From Chloroflexota bacterium (GTDB lineage Bacteria > Chloroflexota > Dehalococcoidia > Lucifugimonadales > Lucifugimonadaceae), in assembly GCA_002714425.1 (NCBI GenBank), contig PAXI01000005.1, forward strand, positions 100,877 through 164,876: a stretch of DNA of 64,000 nt, read 5' to 3'. Below, piece after piece: positions 10,541 through 19,639 of the stretch. Positions within the stretch are counted from its first letter, which is position 1; every line of letters begins with the position of its first letter. Below the pieces are notes generated by a model that was not told where the DNA came from, made no database searches, and worked only from the letters and a program-made list of their open reading frames with translations. Both the position numbers and the translations under genes were made by a program.

Positions 10541-11319
10541 TGATTATTGATACTCATTGTCATGCTGGTAAAAATTGGTTCCTTCCTATAGAATCCCTAG
10601 AATTTGAGATGAAAAAGTCTAAGGTTGATGCTGCGCTTTTAGTTCAGCATGGAGGGAATTATGATAATGAATACATAATTAACCAATCCGAAAAAAATCC
10701 TAAAAAATTTAAGTGCGTAGTACTAATTGACCCAGATGAAAAAAAACCAATCACTAAACTAGAAAAACTTAAAGAAAAAAAAATTTCTGGTTTAAGATTA
10801 TTCCCTAATAGTGTTTTTTCAAATTTATCTAATCAAAATGAAATTTGGTCAAAATCAGGCGAGATGAATATTTTAATTAGCTGTCAACCGTATTCTTCTG
10901 AAGAAAGTTTCTACGAAAAAGAATTCATAAATATTGTCGAAAATAATCCCCAAACAACTATTATTATTGAACACTTAGGAGGCATTGGTATAAATGGATC
11001 ACTAAAAAGTTTCAATAAATTCCTAGACATTGCGCAATATCCAAATATATATATTAAAGTTCCAGGTTTGGGAGAAGTTTTAGATAGGCCTAAAATATTG
11101 AAACCCGAATTTTCTTTTCAAAAAAATTCTGAGTATTTTGGACGAACTTTAGAAGCGTTTGGTTCGGATAGGATGATGTGGGGAAGTGATTACCCTCCAA
11201 GTGCAGGAAGAGAAGGGTATTATAATACAATTTTAGGCATTACAGACAACCCAATATTTTCAGAAATGGACGTCAAAAATATTATGGGATTAACAGCAAA
11301 AAAGTTGTTAAGTTTATAA
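10540..11319 (+). CDS. amidohydrolase_2 (PF04909-like) family hydrolase, possible sugar lactonase
   Basis: 259 aa. IDTHCH N-terminal metal motif and WGSDYP C-terminal Asp motif. Start overlaps the AKR stop (ATGA-type). Confidence 0.75.
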   Translation: MIIDTHCHAGKNWFLPIESLEFEMKKSKVDAALLVQHGGNYDNEYIINQSEKNPKKFKCVVLIDPDEKKPITKLEKLKEKKISGLRLFPNSVFSNLSNQNEIWSKSGEMNILISCQPYSSEESFYEKEFINIVENNPQTTIIIEHLGGIGINGSLKSFNKFLDIAQYPNIYIKVPGLGEVLDRPKILKPEFSFQKNSEYFGRTLEAFGSDRMMWGSDYPPSAGREGYYNTILGITDNPIFSEMDVKNIMGLTAKKLLSL

Positions 11320-11398
11320 TGACAAATTTTCGCTTTCAATAAGTAACGAAAAGATATATATTCTCGAGTAAAATATAAATATATCATTTTTTATTATC

Positions 11399-12673
11399 AT
11401 GAATTTTAAACCTGTAAATAAACTTCCAAACATGGAAGACATCTCTTCTGAAATTATACAGAACAGAAATCGCATACTATATGAATTAGGATCTTTCATA
11501 AATTTATATGGATATGATCAAGTTGAAACACCTATAATTGAAGAAACTGAATTATTCATTAGAAAATCTGGCGGGGAATTGTCTAATAAGTTGTACTCCT
11601 TTGTCGAACCAGGAGGTAATAATGTAAGCCTTCGTCCTGAAATCACATCAGGTTTAGTCAGAACAGCAAATCAAAAAATTAATACTTCTAAAAATCTTAG
11701 ATTTTATTACAGTGGGCCAGTTTTTCGTTACTCCCCGCCAGATGGAATATATGCTAATAAATCAAGGCAATATACACAATTTGGAGCAGAACTTTTCGGT
11801 TCAAAGTCTATACATTCTGATGCAGAAATTTTATCTATTGCCATAAAAGGCCTTAATAAAATTGGTATAAAAAATCCAAAGATTTGTATATTTAATATGA
11901 AAATAATTAATGAAATTCTTTCAATTTTTAATATTTCAGATAGAGGTAGATTATTTTTAATTAAGAATGTCGAAATTATAAAAAGGTTACCAAATAAAGA
12001 AATTTTAAATAAAGCAAAATCTATAGGAATAATAAAAAATAATAAAATTGAGAAAAATAAAACACACTCTAAAGATTCTGTTAATGGCCTGGTTGGTCGA
12101 AGAACAAAAGCTGATATTCTAAGTAGGATTAAATTGAAAGAAACTTTTTTTGACGAAAAAGAAAGATTTCTATCAGCTCTAAAGTTTGTAAAAAAAATGT
12201 ATGCAATATCTGGAACTCCTGATAAATCATTAAGCAAATTCACAAAATTAATAAATAATTATGATGAAGAGTTTAAAGTATTCTCTAATTACTTTACAGA
12301 CCTTCTTGACGCATTAAAGATTGAGAAAATAAATATTTCAAATATCATTTTTGACTTTGGTCTGTCTAAAAGTATCTCATATTATAATGGATTAATTTTT
12401 GACATTTTTGTTAATGATAAGTCTTTTGACTCTATTGCTAGTGGTGGAAGATATGATGATCTTAATAAAATTTTAGGTTATAAAAATAATTTACCCGCTC
12501 TTGGATTTGCATATAATATTGATGAAATAATAAAAATACTCAAAATTGAAGAAGAAAAAGTTTCAGAAAAAATTTTAATACAAACCAATGATAATAATAT
12601 TAAAGAAATAATAAATAAAGCTAACACAGCTAGGGAATCGGGTCGTAGATCATATGTGGAGTATATAGACTGA
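11399..12673 (+). CDS. hisZ: ATP phosphoribosyltransferase regulatory subunit (HisRS paralogue)
   Basis: 424 aa class-II aaRS HisRS-like protein (RPEITSG, GGRYDDL). Motif 2 is degenerate (FRYSPPDG...). Lies immediately upstream of a short-type hisG. Confidence 0.7.
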   Translation: MNFKPVNKLPNMEDISSEIIQNRNRILYELGSFINLYGYDQVETPIIEETELFIRKSGGELSNKLYSFVEPGGNNVSLRPEITSGLVRTANQKINTSKNLRFYYSGPVFRYSPPDGIYANKSRQYTQFGAELFGSKSIHSDAEILSIAIKGLNKIGIKNPKICIFNMKIINEILSIFNISDRGRLFLIKNVEIIKRLPNKEILNKAKSIGIIKNNKIEKNKTHSKDSVNGLVGRRTKADILSRIKLKETFFDEKERFLSALKFVKKMYAISGTPDKSLSKFTKLINNYDEEFKVFSNYFTDLLDALKIEKINISNIIFDFGLSKSISYYNGLIFDIFVNDKSFDSIASGGRYDDLNKILGYKNNLPALGFAYNIDEIIKILKIEEEKVSEKILIQTNDNNIKEIINKANTARESGRRSYVEYID

Positions 12674-12675
12674 TT

Positions 12676-13413
12676 ATGGCAAATTTACGAATAGCAATCC
12701 CTTCTACCGGAGCATTATATGAAGACTCCATAAATTTTTTGGAGAAGAAAAATCTAAAAATCAATAGGTTGAATTCAAGAAAATATACTGCTGACATACC
12801 CTCATTAAGTAATGTTCGTGTCCTTTTCCAGAGACAATCGGATATTACTATGGAGTTAGACAACGATAGTGCAGATATTGGAATTGTTGGACTAGATAGA
12901 TATTATGAATCAAGATTAGAAAAAGGTAGTCTTGAAATTATGGATAAAAACTTAGGTTTCGGTCACTCAAAATTAGTAATTGCCATTCCGAACTCTTGGA
13001 TAGATGTCAAGTCTATGTTTGACCTTGCAGATGTATCTCTCGAGTTTAGGAAAAAGGGCAGAAATATGCGAATCGCAACAAAATATCCAAGATTAGTAAA
13101 TCGTTTCTTGTATACAAGTGATGTAAATTTTATTGACATTGTTCATATTTCTGGAGGTTTAGAGGCTGCTCCTATAATGGGATATGCAGATATAATAGCT
13201 GATATAACTGCTACCGGTACTACTTTACGAGAGAATGACTTAAGAATAATTGATGACGGAGTAGTAATTGAATCTCAAGCTATAATGATTTGTAATTATG
13301 ATTCAATCTTGGCTGATGATGAAAAAATTAAAATTTTTCATACTTTATACGAAAGAATTACAAATAAATCTTCAAAAGCTTTCGTTGGTAAAATAAGAAA
13401 TAAGAAAGTCTAA
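12676..13413 (+). CDS. hisG: ATP phosphoribosyltransferase catalytic subunit
   Basis: 245 aa. LRIAIPSTG.. N-terminus and DITATGTTLREN PRPP-loop motif. Confidence 0.85.
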   Translation: MANLRIAIPSTGALYEDSINFLEKKNLKINRLNSRKYTADIPSLSNVRVLFQRQSDITMELDNDSADIGIVGLDRYYESRLEKGSLEIMDKNLGFGHSKLVIAIPNSWIDVKSMFDLADVSLEFRKKGRNMRIATKYPRLVNRFLYTSDVNFIDIVHISGGLEAAPIMGYADIIADITATGTTLRENDLRIIDDGVVIESQAIMICNYDSILADDEKIKIFHTLYERITNKSSKAFVGKIRNKKV

Positions 13414-13418
13414 TTATT

Positions 13419-14735
13419 ATGAAATATATAACTAAACTAAAAGACGCTATTGCTTTTTTTGAAGATGAGAGAGTAATAAACAACAATAATATTCTTTCGG
13501 ATGGAAATGGTTTATTTCCAAAAAAATATTTACCGTCTTATTTTGTAAAAAAAATTGATGAAATAGTTAAGAAAGAGGGAGATGAAGGCCTAAGAAGAAT
13601 TTCTACCCACTTAGATAATAATAATCTATTTGATTTTGAAATACCAAAAAATGAAATCATAAAATCTATAAAATCATTAAATAAAGACGAACTAAGGGCA
13701 ATAAGCAAGGCTATAGAAAGGGTAACTGATTATCAAAAAAAATTATTGATCAATACTTGGATGAATGAAGATCAAACAATTGGAGAAAAAATTATTCCGA
13801 TGGAATCATCTTTAGCTTATGTTCCATCGGGCACTGCTCCATTGATATCCACTGCAATAATGACTATTGTGCCCGCAAAAGTAGCAGGTGTTAAAAATAT
13901 TTATGTAACTACTCCTGCTGATGAAAATTCAAAAGTATCTGAAAAAATTCTTGCTGCTTCTTATTTGTCTGGGGCTGATCGAATATTCAAGATAGGTGGG
14001 GCACAGGCAATTTCTGCTTTTGCTCATGGGACTGAACTTATTCCAAAAGTAGATATTATTTGTGGCCCTGGAAATCTTTGGGTAACTGCTGCAAAAAAAC
14101 ATGTTTATGGCGATGTTGGGATTGATGGATTATATGGCCCAACTGAAACCTTGGTCATCATTGATGAAAATTCTGACCCAGATTATGCTGCAGCCGACCT
14201 CATAGCTCAGGCTGAGCATGATGTAAGTGCTATGCCAATATTAATATCTAATTCAGAGATAGCAATAAACAATGTTAATAAATCGATAAAAAATCAGGTT
14301 AGAAATTTAGAAAGAAGTTCAATAATTAAGAAATCTTTTGAGAACAGGGGGGTAACAATTTATCTGCGTAACTTAGATGATATAGTTACTATCACAAATT
14401 ATATTGCCCCTGAACATTTATGTATAGCAACAAAAAAACCAGAAAAAATATTTAACAAAATTACAAACGCCGGGGCAATTTTTATGGGGGAATGGTCTGC
14501 CGAAGTAATGGCAGATTATATTGCAGGCCCTTCACATGTTATGCCTACCTCAGGAACTGCTAAATTCTCATCATCTTTATCTGTTCGGAATTTTCTGAAA
14601 TATGTACCTGTTCTAAACTTCAAAGAATCTACTTTTAGTAAATTAGCTATAGATGCTGAACTTATTGCACAAATGGAAAACTTGAGCGGACACGCAAATG
14701 CTGCAAAAATAAGAATTGAAAAGTCCAATGGATAA
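13419..14735 (+). CDS. hisD: histidinol dehydrogenase
   Basis: 438 aa. AQAEHD, APEHL and GPSHVMPTSGTA motifs. Confidence 0.95.
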   Translation: MKYITKLKDAIAFFEDERVINNNNILSDGNGLFPKKYLPSYFVKKIDEIVKKEGDEGLRRISTHLDNNNLFDFEIPKNEIIKSIKSLNKDELRAISKAIERVTDYQKKLLINTWMNEDQTIGEKIIPMESSLAYVPSGTAPLISTAIMTIVPAKVAGVKNIYVTTPADENSKVSEKILAASYLSGADRIFKIGGAQAISAFAHGTELIPKVDIICGPGNLWVTAAKKHVYGDVGIDGLYGPTETLVIIDENSDPDYAAADLIAQAEHDVSAMPILISNSEIAINNVNKSIKNQVRNLERSSIIKKSFENRGVTIYLRNLDDIVTITNYIAPEHLCIATKKPEKIFNKITNAGAIFMGEWSAEVMADYIAGPSHVMPTSGTAKFSSSLSVRNFLKYVPVLNFKESTFSKLAIDAELIAQMENLSGHANAAKIRIEKSNG

Positions 14736-15825
14736 TATATCAAAAAAAATAAGAAAACATCTAAGAATTGTTAAGACTTATGAAGGTGTTGATTCTAATA
14801 CAAATTTGTCAAAAAAATCTGGAATACCAACAAAAAATCTTATTCGGCTAAACGCTAATGAAAATCCTTATGGAACGATTAGTGAAGTTAAGAATTCTCT
14901 TCAAGGTATTGCCCTTCACGAATACCCAGATCCAGAACAAAAAACTATACGCAAAGCCATTTCAGAATATGTTAACCTTCCTGATAATTTAATTATTGCA
15001 GGAGCTGGTGGTGATGAAATAATTGATCTTATACTAAGATTATTCATTAATGAAAAAGATGAAGTTATTGATTGTATTCCTACTTTTGGCATGTATAATT
15101 TTGCTGCAAAACTATCAAATTCTTCCATTGTCTCAATTCCTAGAAATAATAACTGGGAATTAGATATAAAAAAAATAATATCTAAAATAACCGATAAAAC
15201 AAAAGTGATTTTTATAGCATCTCCCAATAATCCAACTGGGAATTTGGCTCAAGAAGATCAAATAATTGACCTTCTTGAAACTGGAATAATTGTATGTTTA
15301 GATGAAACTTACTTTGAATTTTCAAATTTTTCTTTTTTACACCTATTATCTAAATATAACAATTTAATTATTATTAGATCTTTTAGTAAATGGGCTGGCA
15401 TAGCTGGTCTAAGAGTAGGATATGCAATTAGTTCTGAAATAATTACTAAACATCTTATGGATATTAAGCAACCTTATAACATAAATGTTGCAGCAGAAAA
15501 CGCAGTAATACAAACACTAAATTATAAGGATAAATTGTTTGAAAATGTAAAAAAACTCATGGACGAAAAAATAAGATTAGAAGAGCACATAAAAGGATGT
15601 CAAAACATTACATCCTTTCCATCCCAAGCTAATTTTATCCTCTGTAAATTTTCAGGATTCAGTAGTGAAAAAATTTATGACATTTTTGCCGCTGAAGGTA
15701 TATTTACAAGAAAGTTTGATCAAAAAATGCTTGAAAATTGTATAAGAATAAGTGCCGGTACACCAGAGCAAACAGATAAAGTAATAAGTGTGATAAATAA
15801 AATTGAAAAAAGTAATTATATCTAA
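14728..15825 (+). CDS. hisC: histidinol-phosphate aminotransferase
   Basis: PLP-lysine motif RSFSKWAGIAGLRVGY. ATG at 14728 overlaps the hisD stop (ATGGATAA). The ORF track offers an alternative TTG at 14716. Confidence 0.9.
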   Translation: MDNISKKIRKHLRIVKTYEGVDSNTNLSKKSGIPTKNLIRLNANENPYGTISEVKNSLQGIALHEYPDPEQKTIRKAISEYVNLPDNLIIAGAGGDEIIDLILRLFINEKDEVIDCIPTFGMYNFAAKLSNSSIVSIPRNNNWELDIKKIISKITDKTKVIFIASPNNPTGNLAQEDQIIDLLETGIIVCLDETYFEFSNFSFLHLLSKYNNLIIIRSFSKWAGIAGLRVGYAISSEIITKHLMDIKQPYNINVAAENAVIQTLNYKDKLFENVKKLMDEKIRLEEHIKGCQNITSFPSQANFILCKFSGFSSEKIYDIFAAEGIFTRKFDQKMLENCIRISAGTPEQTDKVISVINKIEKSNYI

Positions 15826-16430
15826 TGAACAAATCAACGAATCGAAAAGCAAAAATTTCTCGAGAAACCTCTGAAAGTAATATATCTGTATCTATAAATT
15901 TAGATGGTACTGGTAAATCTAGTATTGATACTCCTCTTGGATTTTTCAAACATATGTTAAATCAAATTTCTAGTCATGGATTAATAGATCTAGATATTTC
16001 TGCAAATGGAGATCTTGAAACAGGCACACACCATACTATTGAAGATACTGCGATAGCATTAGGAAGAGCAATTGATTCTGCCCTAGGAGACAGAAAAGGT
16101 ATAATTCGCATGTCCAACAAAATTTGCCCGCTTGATGAATCATTATCTCAAGTAGTTATTGATCTTTCAGGAAGAGGTTATTCAGTTGTAGATATGATGT
16201 TGCCTAATAATATTGGAGAATTCCCAACTGATATGGTTAGACATTTTTTTGAAACTCTAGCTGTAGAAGGTAGATTTTGTTTGCACCTAAGTGTTATTAA
16301 GGGTGAAAATGAGCACCACATTATCGAATCGGCTTTTAAAGCTTTTGCTAGGGCGTTACGAGAAGCTTCTACAATAGACCCAAGATTACCAAACATTATA
16401 CCTAGTAGTAAGGGTACTCTTACAAAGTAG
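15825..16430 (+). CDS. hisB: imidazoleglycerol-phosphate dehydratase
   Basis: 201 aa. GTHHTIEDTAIALG and NEHHIIESAFKA Mn-binding motifs. Confidence 0.95.
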   Translation: MNKSTNRKAKISRETSESNISVSINLDGTGKSSIDTPLGFFKHMLNQISSHGLIDLDISANGDLETGTHHTIEDTAIALGRAIDSALGDRKGIIRMSNKICPLDESLSQVVIDLSGRGYSVVDMMLPNNIGEFPTDMVRHFFETLAVEGRFCLHLSVIKGENEHHIIESAFKAFARALREASTIDPRLPNIIPSSKGTLTK

Positions 16431-16680
16431 TTGTATTACTTATAATTTCATAACTATATGTTTCAATAATAGGATTTGTAATTATATTGTCGCAAATATT
16501 TTCAATTATTTTAACAACTTCTTTTTCTTCATCACTATTTATTTTTATCTCAAAATATTTCCCACTTCTAAGAGAATCTATTTGCTTGTGATCTAACCTG
16601 TGAAGAGCCTCTAGAATTGTTTGACCTTCTGGGTCATTCACGGTAGATTTTAGTTTTACTTGTACTTTTACTAAAAACAT
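16420..16680 (-). CDS. purS: phosphoribosylformylglycinamidine synthase subunit PurS
   Basis: 86 aa. VKLKSTVNDPEGQTI..AL PurS signature. Last gene of the pur operon. Its 3' end overlaps hisB by 11 nt. Confidence 0.85.
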   Translation of the reverse strand: MFLVKVQVKLKSTVNDPEGQTILEALHRLDHKQIDSLRSGKYFEIKINSDEEKEVVKIIENICDNIITNPIIETYSYEIISNTTTL

Positions 16681-16682
16681 GA

Positions 16683-17360
16683 CTAATAAAGATTATACCT
16701 TATCGTTTGAGGCCCTCTATCTTGATATTCATCTATAAATAACTTGATTTTTTCTATATCAACATTATCAAGTAATAGATGGTGCCTCCATGCAGTAATA
16801 GCTATTTTTTTTGGCATATAAGAATGAGGTGACATAATGTATTGTGCAGAATCAATAGGAATTATATCTTTCAACTCACTAACTATCTCTGGACATTCTT
16901 CTGGACAATAGTAATGCAAACCTATTCCACCTACTTCTAGGTTTTGAATCAATATTTCAGGAATTATTTCATAATCATAAATTCCCCAGCGAGCTGGAGA
17001 AGGTATTCCAAATGGAGTCTCTGGAGCATTCCAGTGCGGTCCAGAAGTCGGAGGATTAGTCGAATATTCTCCCTGATACCCAACCCCTGTTTCTAGTTCT
17101 TTTCTTCCGTCATTTGGATCTAACGGCAAATGACCAGAAGTATTTATGCCTTTAGGATTAGAATTATTAGAATTGGTATTAGGAGACAAAACTAATGAAG
17201 CAATAAATAAGATTGCTAACAAAATACCAAAAAACATAATAATTGATCTTTTCTTACGAGCTCTATTTTTACTTCTCTCCCTTCTTTCTTCTCTTATTTG
17301 AGCCTTTGACATTCCACGTCTTTCAGGGGGGCGGGTAGAAGCCTTTCTATTCTCTTTCAT
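16683..17360 (-). CDS. DUF3105-like membrane-anchored protein
   Basis: 225 aa. Basic N-terminus, one TM helix, then a domain with PPTSGPHW and WRHHL motifs typical (from memory) of DUF3105. Confidence 0.6.
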   Translation of the reverse strand: MKENRKASTRPPERRGMSKAQIREERRERSKNRARKKRSIIMFFGILLAILFIASLVLSPNTNSNNSNPKGINTSGHLPLDPNDGRKELETGVGYQGEYSTNPPTSGPHWNAPETPFGIPSPARWGIYDYEIIPEILIQNLEVGGIGLHYYCPEECPEIVSELKDIIPIDSAQYIMSPHSYMPKKIAITAWRHHLLLDNVDIEKIKLFIDEYQDRGPQTIRYNLY

Positions 17361-17373
17361 TAATTACCTATTT

Positions 17374-18269
17374 CTAACTAGTAAGTCTCTTAAAAGATTC
17401 CAAATATCTTTTTTTTGTATCATTTATTATTTTATTTGGGATTTTCGGAGGAGGATATGTCAAATCCCAGTTAGATTTTAACAGCCATTCTCTCAAAAAT
17501 TGTTTATCAAATGCTGGAGGAAATTTACCCACAACATAATCATCTTTATCCCAATACCTACTTGAATCTGGAGTCAATAATTCATCAATTAATATAACTC
17601 ATCATCTAAAATTCCAAATTCAAATTTTGTGTCAACTAATATCATACCTTTTTCTTTTGATAAATCATGTGCAAAATTATAAATTTCTATACTTTTTTTT
17701 TCTAAAAACTTATACATTTCATGCCCAACTAAATTTTTCCCATCTTTTTCTGATAATGGAACATCATGGCCAGTTTCTGCTTTTGTAGAGGGAGTAAAAA
17801 TAGGGTGATCGAATTTTTCTGCTGGAGAAAGTTTCTTATTAATATGCTTCCCATTTATTGTATTATTATTTTTATACTCGCTCCATGCAGAACCTGCTAT
17901 GTATCCACGAACAATACATTCTATATCTAGCCTTTTTGCCTTTTTTACAATCATTGATCTTTTTTTTATATCTCTATCAATATGATTTTCGAATAAATTC
18001 ATATCTATATCTTCTCTGTTTTTTAGATCATCTACACTACATACAAAGTGATTTGGAATAATATGTTTAGTTTTTTCTAGCCAGAATTTTGACATTAAAT
18101 TTAGGATCTCACCCTTACCAGGAACAGCCTCATTCATTACAACATCAAAAGCTGAAATTCTATCAGTTGACACCATCATAATATATTCATCATTAATAAA
18201 ATAAGTATCTCGAACTTTTCCTGAATAAAGATGATTAGGAAGATCGGTTTTTACTACTATTGAACCCAA
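17374..18269 (-). pseudogene. purC: SAICAR synthase interrupted by a single-base frameshift (ORFs 17589..18269 and 17374..17577); possibly a sequencing artefact
   Basis: The 226-aa ORF ends KFEFGILDDELY*. The next frame reads (V)ILIDELLTPDSSRYWDKD..., the conserved PurC motif. The two frames are both open only across 17592-17598. Confidence 0.85.
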
Positions 18270-18271
18270 AA

Positions 18272-19573
18272 TTATCTTATTCCTAAACGATTATATATTT
18301 CATTTACATGTTCAAGATAAAAATTATAATCAAATAAACTATTTAATTCATCCTTATCGATAACAGAAAGTACTTTTCTATCTTTTAGTAATAAATCTCT
18401 GAAATCTAAGTTCTTATCCCAAGTTTCCATAGAGTGTCTTTGAACAATATCATAGGCATCATCCCTATCTAATCCATTTTCAACTAATTTCAACATTACT
18501 CTTGGAGAAAAAACCAGTCCGCGATTTGACTCAAGATTTTCTAGCATTCGATCGGGATATACAACCATATCCTTAATAATTCCAATGGTCAGGTGCAAAA
18601 TATAGTCTAATGCAATTGAAGAGTCGGGTAATATTAGTCTTTCAGCAGAAGAATGAGAAATATCTCTTTCATGCCATAAAGAAACATTTTCAAGAGCTGT
18701 GATAGAATGCCCCCTAATTAATCTAGATAATCCGCAAATTCTTTCTGATAATTCAGGGTTTCTTTTATGTGGCATAGATGATGACCCTTTAGTTACATAT
18801 CCAGGGGTGCCAAATGGCTCTTCTAATTCTCTTACTTCTGTACGCTGCAAGCCTCTTATCTCAGTAGCAATTTTTTCTAGTGAAGCGGCAATTAATGCTA
18901 GAACTTGAATATATTCTGCGTGTCTATCTCTTTGTATTACTTGGTTTGTTATTGGATCTATGGAAATCCCAAGTTTTTCACATACTTTTTCCTCAATATC
19001 TGGCGGAATTGAAGAAAAATTTCCTACCGGTCCAGAAAGCATGCCTACTGAAACTCTACCTTTTACAGATTCTAAACGTAACTTGTGTCTTTTAAATTCT
19101 GCGTACCAAAGAGCTAGCTTCAAACCAAAACTCATGGGTTCTGCATGTATACCATGAGATCTACCTATACAAGGAGTATTCTTAAATTCAATAGCTCTTT
19201 TTCTAAGATTGCTTAAGAGATTATCAATAAGATTAAGAATTATTTCTGTAGATTGAGTTAATTGAAGACTCAAAGCAGTATCTTTTATGTCATTAGATGT
19301 GAGCCCATGATGAATCCATCTTTTTTCAACGCCTAAAGATTCCCCAACAGAACGCGTAAATGAAACAATATCATGCTTTGTTTCAGCAAAAAAGTTTTCA
19401 TAAATTTCTCTACTAAACTTTGCTTTTCTAATCTTTTTTATATCTTTTGAACTAATAACTCCTTTTTCATGCCAAGCCTCTGAAGCTGCGATTTCAATCT
19501 GAAGCCATAAATCAAACATATTGTCATCAGACCACACTTTATCCATCTCTTCACGGGAATATCTAGGAATCAT
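18272..19573 (-). CDS. purB: adenylosuccinate lyase
   Basis: 433 aa. MIPRYSREEM N-terminus and GSSSMPHKRNP catalytic-loop signature. Confidence 0.95.
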   Translation of the reverse strand: MIPRYSREEMDKVWSDDNMFDLWLQIEIAASEAWHEKGVISSKDIKKIRKAKFSREIYENFFAETKHDIVSFTRSVGESLGVEKRWIHHGLTSNDIKDTALSLQLTQSTEIILNLIDNLLSNLRKRAIEFKNTPCIGRSHGIHAEPMSFGLKLALWYAEFKRHKLRLESVKGRVSVGMLSGPVGNFSSIPPDIEEKVCEKLGISIDPITNQVIQRDRHAEYIQVLALIAASLEKIATEIRGLQRTEVRELEEPFGTPGYVTKGSSSMPHKRNPELSERICGLSRLIRGHSITALENVSLWHERDISHSSAERLILPDSSIALDYILHLTIGIIKDMVVYPDRMLENLESNRGLVFSPRVMLKLVENGLDRDDAYDIVQRHSMETWDKNLDFRDLLLKDRKVLSVIDKDELNSLFDYNFYLEHVNEIYNRLGIR

Positions 19574-19639
19574 TTTTTTTCTCCAAAAGTTTTTATATCA
19601 CTTCTTAATTATCTACATTACAAATTACAATAAAATAAG

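Noticed and set aside
11320-11398. His-operon leader, T-box or attenuator upstream of hisZ
   Set aside because: It is only 79 nt. The sole structure is a weak TTTTCG-N14-CGAAAA hairpin without a U-tract. There is no His-codon leader peptide and it is far too short for a T-box.
11728-12243. 171-aa ORF antisense to hisZ, the longest antisense ORF in the window
   Set aside because: Its Phe/Leu/Ile-rich composition is the mirror image of the Lys/Asn/Glu-rich hisZ codons. It has no RBS or family resemblance, and hisZ is clearly the real gene. The same reasoning applies to the other antisense ORFs: 28144..28512, 47400..47762, 40124..40477, 25201..25533, 14916..15227 and 45959..46270.
17374-17577. 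Independent 67-aa gene
   Set aside because: Its sequence (TPDSSRYWDKDDY...) is the C-terminal part of PurC, so it is one fragment of the frameshifted purC and not a separate gene.
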